This document shows positions 18,832-28,719 of a stretch of DNA of 64,000 nt, in pieces. The notes below the pieces were generated by a model. That model searched no databases and was not told the origin of the DNA. It was given only the letters and a program-made list of their open reading frames with translations. This DNA comes from Candidatus Methanosuratincola verstraetei (GTDB lineage: Archaea; Thermoproteota; Methanomethylicia; Methanomethylicales; Methanomethylicaceae), in NCBI GenBank assembly GCA_049570475.1, contig CP186953.1, positions 1,159,658 to 1,223,657 of the forward strand, in the 5' to 3' direction. The position numbers and the translations under genes were made by a program. Numbering within the stretch: the first letter of the stretch is position 1; each line of letters starts with the position of its first letter.

Positions 18832-19539
18832 TTGACTGCAGTATCTCTTTCGGTGGACTGGTTGCCAAAGCCTCTGGTGATTAAGGCTGACGACGACGAA
18901 GTGCTCGACGTTGAGCTCGAGGAGGACTTCATAAAGGCAAACGAGCGGATGGCCGCCCTCAACCGAAGGACTTTTGACAGGGCTGGCGTCCGAGTTGTCG
19001 ACTTCATGGGGTCAATAGGCTCGGGCAAGACCTCCATAATCGAGAGGCTCGTAGAGAGCCTGAAAGGCAAGTACCGCATAGGCGTCATAGCCGGGGACAC
19101 CGCTACGGACATAGACGCCGAGAGGGTATCCAGGCACGGCGTTCCATCGATCCAGATAAACACGGGAAGGGAGTGCCACCTCGACGCCCCGATCGTGAGG
19201 AAGGCAGCCAAGAAGCTGATCCGCGAGGGCGTCAACCTCATACTCATAGAGAATGTCGGGAACCTGATTTGCCCTGCCGAGTTCCCGCTCGGGTCCCACC
19301 TGAGGGCTGTGGTCGTGAGCGTGACCGAAGGTGAGTACATGATAAAGAAGAAGGCAGACATATTCAGGTCTGCTGAGGTTGCGGTCATAAACAAGAAGGA
19401 CATGTCCGGTCCGATGGGCATCGATGTCGGCGCGCTCGTCAAAGACGCCCTCGACGCTAACCCGAAGATCAGGGTCGTCGTCACCAGCGCCAGGACAGGC
19501 GAGGGCATCGACGACCTGGCCCAGGCACTAGGTCTCTGA
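18832..19539 (+). CDS. hypB: Hydrogenase/Ni-enzyme maturation GTPase HypB
   Basis: Contains GSIGSGKTS, ECHLDA and IENVGNLICPAEF (HypB-specific) motifs. Confidence 0.85.
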   Translation: MTAVSLSVDWLPKPLVIKADDDEVLDVELEEDFIKANERMAALNRRTFDRAGVRVVDFMGSIGSGKTSIIERLVESLKGKYRIGVIAGDTATDIDAERVSRHGVPSIQINTGRECHLDAPIVRKAAKKLIREGVNLILIENVGNLICPAEFPLGSHLRAVVVSVTEGEYMIKKKADIFRSAEVAVINKKDMSGPMGIDVGALVKDALDANPKIRVVVTSARTGEGIDDLAQALGL

Positions 19540-19747
19540 ACGTCACCTTTTTTTAGCAGACGTTCGATCTATAATCTGGCGGATGAAGTGACGATGGTCT
19601 CTTGAGCACCAGCTGTGAGAGGCTGATGGGCGAACTGACGCCTTAATTCTGGGGCACTTCGGTGCGGGTCAGCGACAGGGAGCTTCGCATAAGAGATATA
19701 TACTTGACGCAGAATTTTAACGCATCCTACATTAGGAGGAAAAAGAC

Positions 19748-21334
19748 TTGTTGAAAAAGGTCCTTGTAGCCAACAGAGGAGAGATCGCCCTTCGTGTCAT
19801 AAGGGCGTGCAAGGAGATGGAGATCAAGACCGTGGCGGTTTATTCCGACGCGGATGCAAACGCAAAGTTCGTATACTATGCTGATGAGGCGGTGCCCATC
19901 GGTCCCGGCCCTGCGGCTCAGAGCTACCTCAAGATGGAGAAGATCATCGAGGTCGCAAAGCAGACAGGCGCAGAGGGCATCCACCCCGGATACGGCTTCC
20001 TTGCCCAGAACGCAAAGTTCGTCAGGATGTGCGAGGAAGCAGGAATAGAGTTCATCGGGCCAAAGGCGAAGGCCCAGGAGCTCCTCGGCGACAAGCTAGG
20101 CGCCAGGAGGAGCATGGAGAAGGCGGGCATCCCAATCGTCCCAGGTGCGCTGGATGCGGTCCAGGACGACAAGGATGCGCTAGAGACCGCAGAGAAGGCA
20201 GGTTACCCTGTGATGGTCAAGCCCGCGGGCGGAGGCGGCGGCATCGGGATGCAGGTGTGCAGGTCCAAGGACGAGCTGATCGAGGCGATCAAGAAGGCGC
20301 AGCGCCTGGCAGCCTCAGCGTTCTCGAGGCCCGAGGTCTACATCGAGAAGTACATCGAGAGGCCGAGGCACATCGAGATCCAGATACTCGCGGACAAGAA
20401 GGGCAACTGCATCTACCTCGGAGAGAGGGAGTGCTCGATCCAGAGGAGGCACCAGAAGCTCATCGAGGAGGCGCCATCCCCGGTCATGTACCTTGATCCG
20501 GACCTGAGGAGGAGGATGGGCGAGACCGCCGTCAAGGTCGCGAAGGTAGCAGGGTACGAGAACGCAGGAACGTGCGAGTTCCTCTACTCTGACGTGACCA
20601 AGGAATTCTACTTCCTCGAGGTCAACAGCAGGCTCCAAGTCGAGCACCCGGTCACAGAGCTGGTTACCGGCATCGACATTGTGAAGGAGCAGCTCAAGAT
20701 CGCGTCCGGCGAGCCGATGTCCTACGGTCAGAACGATGTGAAGATAACCGGGCATGCGATCGAATGCCGCATCAACGCGGAGGACCCGCTGAACAACTTC
20801 GTTCCTTCGATCGGTCTGATAACCAACTACATCGAGCCCGGCGGCATAGGCATAAGGGTCGACAGTGGAATTTATGCAGGCTACACCATCCCGCCGTTCT
20901 ACGACTCGCTTGCGGTGAAGCTGCTGACCTGGGGCAGGGACAGGATGGAGGCGATCATGAGGATGCGCCGCGCCCTTGACGAGTTCGTGATCGAGGGCAT
21001 CCAGACCGTGATCCCGTTCCACAAGGTGATGATGAGGGACGAAGAGTTCATAGCTGGGCACCTGCACACCGAGCTCATCGCAGAGAGGAACATACTCGAC
21101 AAGGTAAAGACCCAGGTGGATGCAGACAACGCCTGGAAGAAGAGCAAGGAGAACGTGCTTGCAAAGCTCGCAGCGAAGCCGGCTGAGGCGCCAGCAGCGG
21201 CAGGGGCTCCCGTGACCGACAAGAAGACAGTCGCCCTTGCAGCCGCTATAGCCTCGTACATCAACAGCAAGCCTCAGAGGCAGCCCGTGAGCAGCGGCTG
21301 GGTGATCTCAGGCAGAGTTAAGTCTGCCCGTTGA
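19748..21334 (+). CDS. accC: Biotin carboxylase subunit of acyl-CoA (acetyl/propionyl-CoA) carboxylase, with ~60-aa C-terminal extension
   Basis: ATP-grasp biotin carboxylase with [28 protein letters not shown] and [20 protein letters not shown] lies 10 nt upstream of TTG start. Confidence 0.9.
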   Translation: MLKKVLVANRGEIALRVIRACKEMEIKTVAVYSDADANAKFVYYADEAVPIGPGPAAQSYLKMEKIIEVAKQTGAEGIHPGYGFLAQNAKFVRMCEEAGIEFIGPKAKAQELLGDKLGARRSMEKAGIPIVPGALDAVQDDKDALETAEKAGYPVMVKPAGGGGGIGMQVCRSKDELIEAIKKAQRLAASAFSRPEVYIEKYIERPRHIEIQILADKKGNCIYLGERECSIQRRHQKLIEEAPSPVMYLDPDLRRRMGETAVKVAKVAGYENAGTCEFLYSDVTKEFYFLEVNSRLQVEHPVTELVTGIDIVKEQLKIASGEPMSYGQNDVKITGHAIECRINAEDPLNNFVPSIGLITNYIEPGGIGIRVDSGIYAGYTIPPFYDSLAVKLLTWGRDRMEAIMRMRRALDEFVIEGIQTVIPFHKVMMRDEEFIAGHLHTELIAERNILDKVKTQVDADNAWKKSKENVLAKLAAKPAEAPAAAGAPVTDKKTVALAAAIASYINSKPQRQPVSSGWVISGRVKSAR

Positions 21335-21351
21335 ATTGAGGGGTGTTCTGA

Positions 21352-21762
21352 ATGGCAAAGACAAGCAAATTCCAGTTGAGCCTTGGGAATGTGCAGTACA
21401 GCGTTGACCTGACCGAGCGCGCCTACGGGCTCTACGACGTCAAGGTCAACGACGAGCTCTTCAAGATAAACATAGCCGACCTGATGTCCCCGTCCCTCCA
21501 GGCTGCGGGCGCAGCCGGAGGGGCAGGTGGTGCAGGCGGTGCGCCCGCTGCGGGCAACCTCTGCGCAGCCATGCCTGGGACTGTGATGACGATCAAGTGC
21601 AAGCCCGGTGACGAAGTAAAGCCTGGCGACGTCCTGCTGACCCTCGAGACGATGAAGATGGAGAACCCGATAAAGTCCAACAGGGCAGGCAAGGTTAAGG
21701 AGATCAAGGTGGCCCCAGGGAAGTTCGTGAACGTTGGGGACACGCTGATAGTGTTTGAGTAA
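21352..21762 (+). CDS. accB: Biotin carboxyl carrier protein (biotinyl domain)
   Basis: Carries the biotinylation motif [15 protein letters not shown]. Confidence 0.85.
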   Translation: MAKTSKFQLSLGNVQYSVDLTERAYGLYDVKVNDELFKINIADLMSPSLQAAGAAGGAGGAGGAPAAGNLCAAMPGTVMTIKCKPGDEVKPGDVLLTLETMKMENPIKSNRAGKVKEIKVAPGKFVNVGDTLIVFE

Positions 21763-21778
21763 TGGAGGAGACCAAGAA

Positions 21779-23353
21779 ATGGCATTCCAAACCTTACCGG
21801 AGAAATTCAAGGAATTGGCAGATCTAAAAGAGAAGAAGAAGCTTGGTGGAGGAAAGGAGGCGATCGACAAGCAGCACGCCGCCGGGAAGCTGACCGCCAG
21901 GGAGCGGATCGAGAAGCTCCTTGACCCGGGCAGCTTTGTCGAGATCGACGAGTTCGTTGTCCACAGGTGCTATGACTTCGGCATGGAGAAGAAGAAGGCG
22001 CTCGGTGATGCTGTCGTCACCGGATATGGCACGATCAACGGCAGGACCGTATTCGTCTACTCGCAGGACTTCACATTCGTTGGCGGATCGCTCAGCGAGA
22101 TGCAGGCGAAGAAGATAACCAAAATCCAGGACATGGCGCTCAAGGCAGGTTGCCCTGTGATCGGGCTAAACGACTCGGGCGGAGCCAGGATCCAAGAAGG
22201 GATCAACTCGCTAGCCGGATACGGCGAGATATTCTACAGGAACGTCATGGCATCCGGAGTGATCCCGCAGATCATTGCAATCATGGGTCCATGCGCGGGC
22301 GGCGCAGTCTACTCGCCTGCACTTGCGGACTTCATCTACATGGTCAAGAAGACTAGCTACATGTTCATTACCGGGCCAAAGGTAGTCAAGGCGGCAATCG
22401 GCGAGGACGTGACCTTCGAGGCTCTGGGAGGCGCAGAGGCGCACGCAAAGCTGAGCGGTGTCGCGACAATGGCATGCGAGAATGACGAGGACTGCATCAA
22501 GCACATCAAGACGCTTCTGAGCTACCTGCCATCTAACAACATGGACGACGCGCCTATAGTCGAGTGCGGAGATCCGCCGGACAGGATGGACGAGGCACTT
22601 AACGAGGTAGTGCCTGCGGATCCGAAGAAGCCATACGACGTACACGACGTCATCAACTTCGTGTTCGACAAGGGCTCATTCTACGAGCTCCAGCCCATGT
22701 ACGCTCCAAACGCAGTCATAGGGTTCGCGAGGCTCAACGGAAGGAGCGTCGGCGTAATTGCAAATCAACCGATGGTCTATGCGGGTTGCCTTGATATCGA
22801 CTCTTCTGACAAAATAGCCCGATTCGTCAGGACTTGCGACGCATTCAACATCCCGCTGATCACCTTCGTTGATGTGCCGGGCTACCTGCCGGGGACGAAG
22901 CAGGAGCACGGCGGCGTCATCAGGCATGGTGCAAAGGTCATCTATGCATACTCCGAAGCGACGGTCCCGAAGTTGACCGTGATCATGCGCAAGAGCTACG
23001 GTGGCGGCTACATCGCAATGTGCAGCAGGCACCTGGGCGCGGATGTCGTGTTCGCCTGGCCGACCGCGGAGATCGCTGTGATGGGTCCTGAGGGTGCAGT
23101 CGAGATCATCCACAGGAACGAGCTCATGAAGGCGAAGACTCCCGAGGAAGTCAAGGAGATCACAAACAGGCTAGCCGCGGAATACAGGAACAAGTTCGCG
23201 AATCCGTACATAGCTGCAAACATGGGCTACGTCGACGCGGTGATCCTGCCGAAGGAGACCCGCCCAATGCTCATCAAGGCGCTAGACGCTCTCTCTACCA
23301 AGAGGGATCTCCAGGCAAGGCCCCCGAAGAGGCACGGGAACATCCCCGTCTAA
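21779..23353 (+). CDS. pccB: Acyl-CoA carboxylase carboxyltransferase subunit (propionyl-CoA carboxylase beta / methylmalonyl-CoA decarboxylase alpha family)
   Basis: Carboxyl transferase domain. ATG 21779 with GGAGGAG RBS; listed ORF starts at upstream TTG. Confidence 0.85.
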   Translation: MAFQTLPEKFKELADLKEKKKLGGGKEAIDKQHAAGKLTARERIEKLLDPGSFVEIDEFVVHRCYDFGMEKKKALGDAVVTGYGTINGRTVFVYSQDFTFVGGSLSEMQAKKITKIQDMALKAGCPVIGLNDSGGARIQEGINSLAGYGEIFYRNVMASGVIPQIIAIMGPCAGGAVYSPALADFIYMVKKTSYMFITGPKVVKAAIGEDVTFEALGGAEAHAKLSGVATMACENDEDCIKHIKTLLSYLPSNNMDDAPIVECGDPPDRMDEALNEVVPADPKKPYDVHDVINFVFDKGSFYELQPMYAPNAVIGFARLNGRSVGVIANQPMVYAGCLDIDSSDKIARFVRTCDAFNIPLITFVDVPGYLPGTKQEHGGVIRHGAKVIYAYSEATVPKLTVIMRKSYGGGYIAMCSRHLGADVVFAWPTAEIAVMGPEGAVEIIHRNELMKAKTPEEVKEITNRLAAEYRNKFANPYIAANMGYVDAVILPKETRPMLIKALDALSTKRDLQARPPKRHGNIPV

Positions 23354-23375
23354 TTTTTTCCTTTTTTCCCTTGTT
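23354..23375 (+). terminator. T-rich tract (attttttccttttttccc) after pccB
   Basis: Seen in sequence. Confidence 0.4.
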
Positions 23376-23536
23376 TCGAGTCTTTTAACCGAAGCTCTTA
23401 CCATTTTCCACTTGATTCTTGTTGCGATTAATGCTGCTCACCGCCTGCGGTCCAAAGCTGCCCAGCCCGACTCCATAGAAAATCGCAATTTTTATCTATA
23501 TGGTGCTGTTTCCCTACAACAAAAGGAGGAACCATT

Positions 23537-24736
23537 GTGAAGAGACCACTAGAGGGTATTAGAGTCCTTAGTCTGACAGGAGCCCTATTCGGACCGTACT
23601 GCGGTATGGTCCTAGCAGACCTGGGGGCAGAAGTCATCAAGGTAGAGAGGCCGATATACGGCGACATGAACCGGGAGTGGGGCCCGTTCTTCCCCAACGT
23701 CCAGGGGCCCGACAAGAGTGCCTACTACGTGAGCATCCACAGGAACCACAAGGGCATAACGCTCAACCTGAAAGACCCCAAGGGGAGGGAGATCCTGAAG
23801 GAGCTCGTCAAGAGGAGCGACGTCCTGATAGAGAACTTCAAGCCGGGCACGCTTGACGAGTGGGGTCTGGGTTATGAGGACCTGAAGAAGGTTAACCCCA
23901 AGCTCATCTACGCATGCGGATCGGGATTCGGGCACACCGGACCTTACAGCAAGTGGCCCAGCTATGACATAATTGGCCAGGCGATGGGCGGCTTCATGGA
24001 CATGAACGGATGGCCGGACAAGCCCCCAGCGCGGGCTGGCTCGTCCATAGGCGACATCGTCTCCGGGATGTTCCTGGCGATCGGCGTCCTGGCAGCGCTC
24101 AGGTACCGCGAGTGCACAGGCAAGGGCCAGAAGGTGGATGTTGCCCAGGTAGACTCGATGGTTGCAGTTCTGGAGAACGCAGTGGTCAGGTACACCCTCG
24201 AGGGTAAGATTCCGACAAGGATCGGCTCGAAGCACCCAACGATCACCCCGTTCGACATCTTCCAAGCAAAGGACGGCTACGTCGTGATCGCCGCTGGGAA
24301 TGACGCAATATTCAAGAGGTTCTGCACGGCGATAGGCAAGCCTGAGTGGATTACCGATCCGCGCTTCGACACCAACCCGCACAGGTGCGCGAACGAGCCG
24401 ATACTTAAGCAGATGATCGAGGAATACACGAAGCCAAGGACTAGGTGGGAGGTCGCGAAGCTCCTGCTGGAGAACGACGTGCCTTCTGCGCCGGTCTACA
24501 ACGTCGGCGAGGCTGTCGAGGATCCGCACGTGAACGCGAGGGAGATGATAATCGAGCTCGACCAGCCCCAGTACGGGAAGGTGAGGGTGGCTGGCTGCCC
24601 GATAAAGTTCTCCGAGTCCCCGATTAAGAGGTTCGACCCTGCGCCGCTGCTTGGCCAGCACAACAAGGAGATACTCGCCTCGCTCGGGTACTCAGAGGCC
24701 GAAATAGAGGAGTTCAAGAAGAAAGGGATTATCTAA
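23537..24736 (+). CDS. Family III CoA-transferase (CaiB/BaiF/Frc-like)
   Basis: Begins IRVLSLTGALFGPYCGMVLADLGAEVIKVE and has the catalytic Asp region [22 protein letters not shown] upstream. Confidence 0.8.
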   Translation: MKRPLEGIRVLSLTGALFGPYCGMVLADLGAEVIKVERPIYGDMNREWGPFFPNVQGPDKSAYYVSIHRNHKGITLNLKDPKGREILKELVKRSDVLIENFKPGTLDEWGLGYEDLKKVNPKLIYACGSGFGHTGPYSKWPSYDIIGQAMGGFMDMNGWPDKPPARAGSSIGDIVSGMFLAIGVLAALRYRECTGKGQKVDVAQVDSMVAVLENAVVRYTLEGKIPTRIGSKHPTITPFDIFQAKDGYVVIAAGNDAIFKRFCTAIGKPEWITDPRFDTNPHRCANEPILKQMIEEYTKPRTRWEVAKLLLENDVPSAPVYNVGEAVEDPHVNAREMIIELDQPQYGKVRVAGCPIKFSESPIKRFDPAPLLGQHNKEILASLGYSEAEIEEFKKKGII

Positions 24737-24767
24737 ACCCTTCCATATTTTTTATTGGCGAAACACC

Positions 24768-25724
24768 TTGCGCCCCCTGGATCGGCTTCTGGCAGAGGGC
24801 AAGTTCTTCTCAGGATCGGTTGCCGCTTCCCAGATGGGGGTGTCGAGGGCGGCGGTGTCGAAGCAGATCGCGCGCCTTAGGAAAGAGGGTTACCTCATAG
24901 AATCCGTGAGGGGGAAGGGCTACTTGCTTGTGCCCAGGTTCGACGGGCTTCTCCCCCTGGAGATCCTGGCAAGGCTCAGGACCCGCGTGCTCGGCAGGAA
25001 CCCGACACTGCTGGACACGGTCGACTCGACGCAGAACTTCCTGAGGGGGCTGGCTGAGCAGGGGGCGGCGGAGGGCACGCTCGTAGTTGCCCTTGAGCAG
25101 CGGTCCGGTAAGGGCAGGGCATCCCGGTGCTGGTCATCTCCGCCAGGCGGTCTTTGGTTCAGCCTCCTGCTGCGCCCCTCCCTGCCGATTCACCAGGTTT
25201 CCATTCTAACACTCATGTTCGGCGTAGCAGTAGCTAGGGCCCTGATGCTGCACGGAATACCCGCATCCCTCAAGTGGCCGAATGACGTTCTTGTCAGGGG
25301 GAGGAAGATATGCGGCATACTCCTGGAGGCCTCCTCTGATCCCGAGAAAGTGGAGTATGTCATCGCGGGCATCGGACTCAACGTAAACTTCTCCACCGCG
25401 GATCTGCCGGATGAGGTCAAGGAAAGGGCCGTCTCCGCGCTCGACATATTGGGGAGGCGGCTGGACCGGGCGGAGCTGCTTTCGACAATACTGATGCACG
25501 CCGAGGCGATGTACGAGGGGCTGCCCTCTTCGATAAGCGGAATACTGGATGCTTGGCGCCTCTTCTCCTGCACCCTGGGTGCGCCGGTGACGATAAGCTC
25601 CTACGGCAGGATCATCGAAGGGAAGGCTCTTGACGTAGCCCAGGACGGGGCCCTCCTGGTCGAGACTGAGGGAGGCGTCGAGAAGGTCTATTCTGGCGAC
25701 GTGACCATAAAAAGCACCGCTTAA
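24768..25724 (+). CDS. birA: Bifunctional biotin--[acetyl-CoA-carboxylase] ligase and biotin-operon repressor (N-terminal HTH + BPL domain)
   Basis: Has an N-terminal HTH (GVSRAAVSKQIARLRKEGY) and a GRGRRW-like region GKGRASRCWSSPPGGLWFS. Confidence 0.8.
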   Translation: MRPLDRLLAEGKFFSGSVAASQMGVSRAAVSKQIARLRKEGYLIESVRGKGYLLVPRFDGLLPLEILARLRTRVLGRNPTLLDTVDSTQNFLRGLAEQGAAEGTLVVALEQRSGKGRASRCWSSPPGGLWFSLLLRPSLPIHQVSILTLMFGVAVARALMLHGIPASLKWPNDVLVRGRKICGILLEASSDPEKVEYVIAGIGLNVNFSTADLPDEVKERAVSALDILGRRLDRAELLSTILMHAEAMYEGLPSSISGILDAWRLFSCTLGAPVTISSYGRIIEGKALDVAQDGALLVETEGGVEKVYSGDVTIKSTA

Positions 25725-25799
25725 TTCTCGCTTTTTGGCTGCCCGGGCGCAAAGTTGGGCAAAAAAAATCAGTGACAAAAAAGCGGGTGCGGAGCCTGT

Positions 25800-27032
25800 T
25801 CAGCAAGGCTCCTGGGGGCTGCTCTTCCTCTCCAGCAGCGCCAGCTTCGCCCTTATCTCCTCCTGCAGCCGCTCCGGGAGACCCGGGAGGCCCGGATCGA
25901 GGAAGCCCTTGACGAGCACACCAATCGCCTGCTCCGGTTGGATGCCCCTGGCCATGAGGTAGTGGAGCTGCTCCTCCTGGAGCCTGCCGATCGCAGCCTC
26001 GTGCGAGAGCTCAGTGTCCGAGTGCTCGGCGACGAGCTCGGGTATAGCGGTAATCGAGGAAGTCGGGCAGAGTATCATCCCCCTGCACTCAAGGTGCCCC
26101 TTGGTGTTCCTGTTCTGACCTATTATCTGCCCCCTGTTGTAGACCTTCGATGTCCCAGTCGAGACCACCTTGAATATTGACTCCCCGGATGTCCCTTCCG
26201 CCATCAGGTAAATCCTGTTCCCGAGGTCGATTATCGAGTCCTTGCTTGCGTAGATTATCGAGTTGAACTTCGCCTTCGCGTCCTTGCCTACCAGGTGTGC
26301 TGTCGGGTAGCTCTGGATGTCCCTCACCGGCTTTATCATCACGTAATTGGAGATGAATGTGCCGCCCTCCTCGACTATAACGCCCGTCCTGGGCCTAACG
26401 TACGCCTCGTCGGACCAGCTGTGTATCATCGTGAAGACGAGGGTGGCGTTCTTCTTAACATAGAACTCGCTCACGCCGACGTGGGCGACCGTCTTGACCC
26501 TGCTGTCTGCGGTGCAACCTGTGATCACGTTGAGCTCGGACCCCTCCTCGGCGATTATTATATTGTGGGGCGCCTGGAGGACGCCCTCCGTGCCTATGTA
26601 CAGGCAGGCCTGGATCGGCTGCTCGACCTTCTCGTTCGGGGCAGACCTGATGAAGTACCCCTTGGTCTGCCTGAGCTCCGCTATCGCCGTGTACTTGTCC
26701 TGCGAGACCGAGAGCGCCTTCCAGTAGTAGCCCTTCAGCCAGTCGTACTTGTTGAGGGCCTCGTCTGTGGTCATCATCTCGACGCCCTTGATCCTCGATG
26801 CAATCTGGCTGAGCAGCACGGAATGGTCGACCTGGAAGTATGTCCCTCCCTTCTTCCCCTCAACGTCGACACCCACTTCGAGTCCCTTCTTCTTCACGTC
26901 CTCGTCGATACCTCTCTCGCCCTTGGGGATTGTGACGAAGTCGCTGAGGTCAATGTCGTTCCCAAAGGTCGCCCGCTTGGTTACCGCCTGGAGCGCCTCA
27001 AGCCTGTACTTCTTCCTCCATTCATCGCTCAT
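25800..27032 (-). CDS. sufB: Fe-S cluster assembly protein SufB/SufD family
   Basis: SufBD beta-helix region; co-oriented with and overlapping sufC start. Confidence 0.8.
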   Translation of the reverse strand: MSDEWRKKYRLEALQAVTKRATFGNDIDLSDFVTIPKGERGIDEDVKKKGLEVGVDVEGKKGGTYFQVDHSVLLSQIASRIKGVEMMTTDEALNKYDWLKGYYWKALSVSQDKYTAIAELRQTKGYFIRSAPNEKVEQPIQACLYIGTEGVLQAPHNIIIAEEGSELNVITGCTADSRVKTVAHVGVSEFYVKKNATLVFTMIHSWSDEAYVRPRTGVIVEEGGTFISNYVMIKPVRDIQSYPTAHLVGKDAKAKFNSIIYASKDSIIDLGNRIYLMAEGTSGESIFKVVSTGTSKVYNRGQIIGQNRNTKGHLECRGMILCPTSSITAIPELVAEHSDTELSHEAAIGRLQEEQLHYLMARGIQPEQAIGVLVKGFLDPGLPGLPERLQEEIRAKLALLERKSSPQEPC

Positions 27033-27781
27033 GTGTTCGAAGCCTCCTTTATCAGCCTCTCATACCCCAGCTCCTCTATCTTTGGCATCAGCTCCTCGTA
27101 GCTGCCTGTTAGCGCGATCTTCCCGCCTGAGAGGATGTGCATCCTGCTCGGCTTCAGATACTGGAGGATGTGCCGGTGGTGCGTGATTATCATCATGCTG
27201 CACTTTTCCGTCCTGAAGTACTCCTGCAGGCTGTTCCCGAGCACCTTCAGCGAGTCGATGTCCACTCCGCTGTCGGGCTCGTCAAGTATCATCAGCTTGG
27301 GCTTCATTGCGAATATCTGCGCGAGCTCTGACCTCTTCCTCTCCCCCCCTGAGAAGCCGACGTTCACTTCCCTGTCGAGGTACTTCTCCGGCTCCAGGTT
27401 CACCTTCCTCAGGATCTTCTTGGGGAGGTCGGGGTCGTCCCCGGGCTTCGGCTGCCAGGGGTTCATCCCTGCGGACAGCGAGATCATGTGCCCGAGCTTT
27501 ATCCCCCTGATTGCCGGCGGGGACTGGAACGCAAGGGCCATCCCCATCCTTGCCCGCTCGTCGATGCTCTTCGAGGTGATGTCTTCCCCCTCAAAGAGTA
27601 TCTTGCCCTTGCTCACCTGGTACTGCGGGAAACCGGCCAGAGTGAGGGCGAGTGTCGTCTTGCCTGAGGCATTGTGCCCCATTATCGCCACTATCTCGCC
27701 GTACTCCATTTCCAGGTCTATCCCTTTCAGAAGCTCCTTCCCTTCCACGGTCACGTGGAGATCTTGGACACTGAGCAGCAC
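27029..27781 (-). CDS. sufC: Fe-S cluster assembly ATPase SufC
   Basis: Walker A GHNASGKTT together with ABC signature and D-loop. Confidence 0.9.
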   Translation of the reverse strand: MLLSVQDLHVTVEGKELLKGIDLEMEYGEIVAIMGHNASGKTTLALTLAGFPQYQVSKGKILFEGEDITSKSIDERARMGMALAFQSPPAIRGIKLGHMISLSAGMNPWQPKPGDDPDLPKKILRKVNLEPEKYLDREVNVGFSGGERKRSELAQIFAMKPKLMILDEPDSGVDIDSLKVLGNSLQEYFRTEKCSMMIITHHRHILQYLKPSRMHILSGGKIALTGSYEELMPKIEELGYERLIKEASNT

Positions 27782-27836
27782 TTTTCATGCCCCCAAAACA
27801 ATCGAACTTGCACTCATAGTAGCTCTCCTCAAACGC

Positions 27837-28661
27837 TTAATAACTTAACGGCGTTATTTTATGGGAACAGCTCATCCTGCACTCGTAGCAGCTCTCTTCC
27901 TCCACCTGGAGTGCTGGCTCGCCCTTTATCGAGAGGAGCGATTTCCAAGCCTCCTCGATCGACACGGCGTCGCCCTCGACCACATAGCACCTGCCCCCCT
28001 CGGCCCCGTTTACGCCCCCTCCACCGACCGGTATGCACCTGCACCCGAAGAGGGTCCTTACGGCTTCCATCTCGGTCACCACCCTGCCCGGGATCTGCAT
28101 CATCCCAACGGGCATGCGCATCGCAGCTGCGAACCTCCTGTTCCCCATCTCCGGGATTATGTCAGAAATCGGTAACGGGACAAGCTTCTCGAGGCTAACC
28201 GGCACGACAACCTGGACGCCCCTGGCAAGCAGCGTCCCTATGCTCATGCCCATGGTGCCGCCGGTGGGTGATCCGAGGTAGACTCCTGCGTTGCCCCAAG
28301 GATCCACCGCGTTAGCCCCCTTGATGAAGACATCTTGGGGGCCAAGATCATCGAGCACATCCTTGATCCTCTGCCCCGTCTCCACGCCGTTGGAGATGAC
28401 GACCTCAGGCATCCGCGCTGATGCCTTCGAGACGCAGGTTCCGCGGCCCGTCACAATCCCGATGGCGAACCGCCCCCTGTCTATCCTCTCGCCGGTGATC
28501 TCTTCATACACGTACGCATTGGTTGTTCCTGGGGCGATCACGACAGTGCCATCGGCCATTGCACGCCTCACCTGGGGCAGCGAGGAGACGCCCCTGCCTA
28601 TTAGCCTCTTCGCCTCGGGTGGGGTGAGCGTGACGAGGATCCTTTGGCTTTCCATGATCAT
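27837..28661 (-). CDS. LUD-domain (DUF162, LutC/YkgG-like) protein with C-terminal CxxC-x3-C motif
   Basis: FIKGANAVDPWGNAGVYLGSPTGG...VVVPVSLEKLVP resembles the LUD signature. Start chosen at MIMESQ; family call is tentative. Confidence 0.45.
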   Translation of the reverse strand: MIMESQRILVTLTPPEAKRLIGRGVSSLPQVRRAMADGTVVIAPGTTNAYVYEEITGERIDRGRFAIGIVTGRGTCVSKASARMPEVVISNGVETGQRIKDVLDDLGPQDVFIKGANAVDPWGNAGVYLGSPTGGTMGMSIGTLLARGVQVVVPVSLEKLVPLPISDIIPEMGNRRFAAAMRMPVGMMQIPGRVVTEMEAVRTLFGCRCIPVGGGGVNGAEGGRCYVVEGDAVSIEEAWKSLLSIKGEPALQVEEESCYECRMSCSHKITPLSY

Positions 28662-28675
28662 GACTAGTCCATCCA

Positions 28676-28687
28676 AAAAGTTATATG
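28676..28687 (+). promoter_or_regulatory. BRE/TATA-like element (aaaagttatatg) in divergent LUD/DUF1614 intergenic region
   Basis: Seen in sequence; 33-44 nt upstream of DUF1614 ATG. Confidence 0.35.
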
Positions 28688-28719
28688 TTTTTGCCCGGTA
28701 TTTGCACAAGGTAGTGTTG

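Noticed and set aside
19580-19650. Possible C/D-box sRNA in the accC leader (GGATGAAGTGA … CTGATGG … CTGA)
   Set aside because: Box C lacks the conserved 5' U. The C'/D spacing (7 nt) is too short for a guide, and no terminal stem is present. It is more likely a chance match within a promoter or leader.
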